Assembly (NCBI GenBank): GCA_020536535.1
Contig: JAHLWZ010000799.1
Coordinates: 62,001 to 126,000, forward strand
DNA: 64,000 nt
Reading direction: 5' to 3'
Source of the DNA: Pelomyxa schiedti
Lineage: Eukaryota; Protista; Evosea
Under the pieces are notes generated by a model, which saw nothing but the letters and a program-made list of their open reading frames with translations, had not been told where the DNA came from and ran no database searches. How positions within the stretch are numbered: position 1 is the stretch's first letter; each line of letters begins with the position of its first letter. This document shows, piece after piece, positions 59,601-64,000 of the stretch. The position numbers and the translations under genes were made by a program.

Positions 59601-62600
59601 GCCAAATCAGAGTATTCATTCCCATCAACATAGACTTTGCATCCAGTTACAACACGATTTTTCTCATCAAGAATGGACAATGCTTGCCCGGCAACAGAAA
59701 CACGCTCAATAAATCGGAATCCACCACGCCGTATAACGGCACGAGAACTTTTTCCTTGTGCAATGAACTCTATCACATACACACCGCGTTGGGACCCAAG
59801 TTCAGGAAAAGCGAACTTTCGCTCCACCCGCTGGAGTGGAGAGACATCATCATATTTGTATTGAGTTTCGAAATTTGGTGCCAGTCCATCAAGATTAATA
59901 TCAGTCGTTATTTCCTCTGTGCTTTGTTTATAGAACGCTTCTGTGTTGATCTCGAATACTTTTACAAGTAGTGATCGGACATTTTTAATAAACACAGAGA
60001 GGGAAATTGGTGTCTCTGGATCAGGGTAGTATTTTGGATTTGATGGCGCAAGCTCCAAATCCACTCTGTCCTGGAGTTGTTGCTGAATGTCACTGGGAAG
60101 GTGCGCTTGTACATCCGGTTTTTGTAGCATCTCAAACCAGACTGCAGGTTTACCTTGCCCACTCAGCAATCGCGTCGTTGCTAAAATACTTCGTAGCCAC
60201 GAGTCTTCAAGAAACTCGTTAAATGCAGTGCCATCATTCTCTGAAGGGTTGATGGAATAGAACTTTTGAATATATGCCCGTAACATCTCTTCTGCATCGC
60301 TGGAAGGTGGGTCGAGATTGGGTATAGAGCAGGCTCCATCATCAAGCGAGGCATACTCCACTGAAGGGGTTTTATTTAACCTCGTTCGCCATTGAGAAGA
60401 CTGGAGATGGGTGGTACTATCGCTTCGAGGAATAGCAATAAACTCACGGAAGCGTGCCCAATTAAGTTGATCTGCGCTCCTCTCGGCCTCAAGCCAGTGG
60501 TAAAGAATAAGTGCCTGAAGGCTTATGTACTGGACAGAGCATGGATCAGGTGCGCGCTTTTTGCAGTCTTTCACAAAATTGTATATTGCCTCGAAATAGG
60601 GTCGCTTCTGAGAGAAATCAAGAGTTGACCAACCGCCAAGATCCGCGTTGGGTAGTAATTTTCCGAGATAGCAAGTCACAAAGTGCGATGAAGAGAAAAG
60701 GTACTGCCCATAGACACGGTGCGCCATGAAGTCTTGGAGGGTTTTCAGTGTGAACATTCTTTGGTACGACTTCAGGGCTTGATGGACTGTGCGGCACCGA
60801 GTATTCTCGGCATTAATCTTGAAATCTTCTAGAGTTTGTCCGTGATAGTTCTTTTGGGCTACTACTGTCTCGTGGTGAGATATAGATTGAGCAATTTCCC
60901 GGAATCTGAAATCCAAGTAACTTTTTTTTTTTTCTGTTAGAAGACATAAGCAAAGAGTATGATTTACCCAATCAGCACATTTAAGAACTCGGGCTGCCCG
61001 GGGTGTGTATAATGTGAGAGAGTATCACTGAGAAGGGACTTTTCAAGGTGACCAGAGATCATCCCTATTTTCAACAAAGTCAAAGTTAAGGAACGTTAAA
61101 CAATAAATTGGCTACCAAGCCACCAAGCTGTGGATGAGTTTTTGGCCAGGAAGCTCAATGATGGGTTATGGTGAGAACTTGACTCCAACTCAGAGGCAAA
61201 ACTTTTGGGAATTTCTCCATTAAAGAGGTTTGCTTCCGCGGCAATCAGTGATTGATCAAGTTTAGTGGTGTAGGATGGGGATGTGGGAATATAAGGGGAA
61301 GGCCTGGAAGGAGATTAGTTTCTCCTTATGAAAAAAAAAGGGGGTCAAACGATGGCCAAGTTAATCCTCTTTTTTCTTTTGGTGTCCACAGCGAGTCATT
61401 TTTAAACCTATATATTTTCTTTAGTGGTAAACAAAATCTAGTCGAGAAGACAGCACCATGACGAGAAGTGACTGTGCAACTTGGTAATTGGTCCATGTTT
61501 CTTCTTTCTCTCTGGTGGGTAATTCATGAAAGCAGCAATTTTTCCGAGAAAAATCATGGACTCTTCTCTGGACATCTAATACAGTTAAAAGGTGGGGAGG
61601 GTAGTGGAACAAACCATATTTGCGTCAAATCTTCCAAATCTGGCCCGCCACTGCAATTCGCGGTATCTTTCTCCTTTCCCAAATTGGGAAAAGCAAGTCA
61701 TGAACTCCTTCCTGAAAAAAAAATAAGGAAGAACTCTCAAAGGATATTCCACAACCAACGAGGCCCTCCAGTACCCTTCGAAGTATGCAATAATTGCAGT
61801 CCAGTAAAAAAGAACCTAAAATACTTAACCGTGAAAAGAGAAACAACTAGACTCACAGCTGTTCACTTCCAGGTGTTGCCAAAGATAGGGCATCAGTTCT
61901 CGAAGGGGAAAGGGCAAACGTTCTTTTGGGTACACAAAAAAAAAAAAATTAGTTGCAGGAAAACCTCAACCTAGGAAAAAAGCATACTCTAGGAAACCAT
62001 AAGGGGATCTTGATGGGTCAATCTCCTCAAATGCACCCGAAGTGGGAGGAATAAGTGGTGTAAAACTCTGAGCTCCATAAAGGGGAACAACAACTATTTT
62101 TTTTGGGGAGGAAGAAAAAAAAAATTCGTCAGTCACTGGAAAAGCTGATTTGGAAACTAAGCTTACCAACTGGAGGAGGAGTGGTGGAAGTCGACGTTAC
62201 TTCCGGCTTTGCAGTTGGAATAGGAAGAACTTCCGCTTTTGCTTGATTGAAACATCCCTCACATACATCATACTGGCAGGGATCGCAATGCCAAACCTAC
62301 AGACCCATAAGTACAAATTTATGGCAATAACTGGTAGGTGAGAGTGTGTAGTAGTAGTATTATTAGGTGGCTTAGAATGGTAACGGGTGAAGAAAGGGGA
62401 AAAAAAAGAAAAAAAAAAAATTACCGGAATCTCCTTGCCGACTTTTTTACACAGGTCGCACTGCCAACCGGCTTTATACTGCGGGATGACAAGTGACAAC
62501 TCGTGCTCATGGGAGGGGTGTGTGCCCTTGGGCGTCTTCTTGTGCCTCGAGTGGTGGTGCCCATGCGACGACCCCGTGCTCGTGCTGTTGTCGGCCGGAG

Positions 62601-62790
62601 GGGGCGTCGTAGTCGTCGTGGTTGTGCTGCTGCCGCCGCCGCCGGTGGTGGTGGTCGTTGTCGACGCCGCGGGGTCGTCGCGGTGGGGCTGCGGTGGCGT
62701 AGTGGGCTGCTCGGCGGCGGGCTTGGAGCTGCCCCCTTTGCCCTTGTCGTTGCCACCTTTGTCCTTCTTCTTGCCAAACACGTTGAGCAT
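53661..62790 (-). CDS. Giant protein (about 2,700-2,800 aa) resembling large bacterial/oomycete hypothetical proteins with macroglobulin-like beta domains; N-terminal Cys/His zinc module
   Basis: ORFs 56519..60916 and 53661..56585 are joined by an intron of about 50 nt (SLK | KSLDIE). Small 5' exons are traceable to the ATG at 62790. Motifs: GFLE | TFALSPSRTDAL..PGSE, IKNVRSLLVKVFEIN, DINLDGL, RGVYVIEFIAQGKSSRAVIRRG, YGCSVKLT, QIPVGALP, FFFYFP, YVKVYAR, KDLYTDLRGRADY. Confidence 0.75.
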
Positions 62791-63090
62791 TGTTGTGTGT
62801 GTCGGTTGAGGAGGAGGGTTTTTTTTGTGTGTGTGGTTCTTTTTTGTTTGGTTTGTTTGTTTGAATTTGGGTTTGGAGAATTGTTCGTTGAGCGGTTTTC
62901 GACTGCATTTGAAGAGTGCAACGTTTTCCAGCAATGGAAAACAAAAACCCCTCCATAGTGGTGTTCTTGGTCGAAAGTAAGTGGTACCAATTGGCACTAG
63001 GACCAAGCAAACAAGATTGGCCAAGGTGGTAGCGGTCCAAATTTCGCTTCGGATCTCTGCGGTTTGAGAAGCGAAAAAAACTCCGTGGCG
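62791..63090. promoter_or_regulatory. Probable bidirectional promoter between the giant gene (-) and the NifU-FdhD gene (+)
   Basis: A 300-nt spacer between two divergent ATGs, with T/G-rich tracts (tttgtttggtttgtttg) like those upstream of other genes here. No specific motif identified. Confidence 0.4.
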
Positions 63091-64000
63091 ATGGGTAAGG
63101 CGTCGTTGGTGTCGCCGGATCTGTGGGGGATGTATTCGAGAAAACTGGTGCAACGTGGGTATACACTTGAGCGTTAGATCTGCGGCTGTGTGGTAGCGAC
63201 TTACGTGGTCTTCGTTTTTCTCTCTGGCAGGTTTGTTGCACCCGACTCGATGCGGAGACATCGAATTTCCACCAACCGCAGTTGGATCTGATTCTGTTGT
63301 TGTTACTCACGCAACCAACCCTGACGCCTTTATGGTCGTACGCGCGTCTGTGGGTGGAAAATCTTGCGGCGACGAAATTGCTTTGTCACTTCTTATTGAC
63401 CGTTCCAACCACCGCATATTGGATTCGAAATTCCGAAGCTTTGGCTGCGGTTTCTCTATTATCTGCATGGTGTAAATGTAACTCATTTAAGGGGTTGCTA
63501 TTGCCGCCAGCGATATGATTGCGGAACTTTGTATTGGAAAGACTGTGGATGAAGCTCTCTTGGTTTGTTACCTTCATAAAACCCACCTACATGCTTAATT
63601 ACACGTACTTTGGCAGATTACAAATCCATCAGTGGAAGCGGCACTAAGAGATACACCCGATACACCTTCCATGCCATCTAAGAGGCTACAATGTAGTGTT
63701 CTTGCCAGTTCAGTTATTCGCAATGCTGTTGCTCAATACAAAGGTTTGCAACTTTAAACATTGCTTGTATATAAAAGCCCATGCTAGGTATTTCTGTAAG
63801 TGACTTAGATGGAAGTTCGGATGTATGCCGATCGAATCCTTTTGGTGATGGCGAAGTAAATAAACCTTTCAAAAAAAAAAGTGTTTTCAAATGGACAAGC
63901 TCCGGACTTGTTGAACAAAACATTGATATCATTGTTGAAAAAGCACTTGAGATACATGTCAATGGAAAGGCGTAAGTAACCTAAATCCTACAAAGGAAGA
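63091..64000 (+). CDS. NifU N-terminal (IscU-like) Fe-S scaffold domain fused to a probable FdhD/NarQ sulfurtransferase; 3'-partial
   Basis: Exons 63091-63154, 63231-63449, 63492-63562, 63617-63743 and 63788-63971, all GT-AG and phase-consistent. They give MGKASLVSPDLWGMYSRKLVQRLLHPTRCG...GKSCGDEIALSLLIDRSNHRILDSKFRSFGCGVAIAASDMIAELCIGKTVDEALLITNPSVEAALRDTPDTPSMPSKRLQCSVLASSVIRNAVAQYKGISVSDLDGSSDVC...KWTSSGLVEQNIDIIVEKALEIHVNGK. All three scaffold Cys are present. The last segment resembles the FdhD N-terminus. Confidence 0.8.

Noticed and set aside
1-64000. CRISPR arrays, rRNA, tRNA or prokaryotic operons
   Set aside because: No regularly spaced repeat-spacer array or recognisable structural RNA was seen. 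The bacterial-like genes contain spliceosomal introns, which argues against simple bacterial contamination.

Overview
Compact, intron-rich eukaryotic (protist) genomic DNA. It has many short GT-AG introns (mostly about 40-90 nt), very short intergenic gaps, GC-rich low-complexity 5' coding ends and two 100-N scaffold gaps. The gene content and lineage-specific families suggest an anaerobic amoebozoan of the Archamoebae, Pelomyxa-like; this is inference, not a database result. Recognisable genes: GGTase-I beta, SDA1, an HMG-box protein, a DH-PH-RhoGAP, a MINDY-3/4 deubiquitinase, sphingosine kinase, a Byr4/Bfa1-like protein, a FET (TAF15/FUS/EWS)-like RNA-binding protein, glycogen branching enzyme and Prp19. 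Also present are a TKL kinase-Ig-like-pseudoRhoGAP fusion, a PIN/NYN protein, a four-member lineage-specific family (one copy pseudogenised) and a giant protein of about 2,700 aa resembling large bacterial hypothetical proteins. The most notable element is missed by the ORF track. At 63091 to the window end (+), five hand-spliced exons encode an epsilon-proteobacterial-type NifU N-terminal Fe-S scaffold domain. It reads in frame into what looks like the start of an FdhD/NarQ sulfurtransferase in place of the usual NifU middle and C-terminal domains. All exon models were spliced by eye, and all family assignments come from recalled motifs and need HMM/BLAST and RNA-seq confirmation. No rRNA, tRNA, CRISPR array or recognisable transposase was found.
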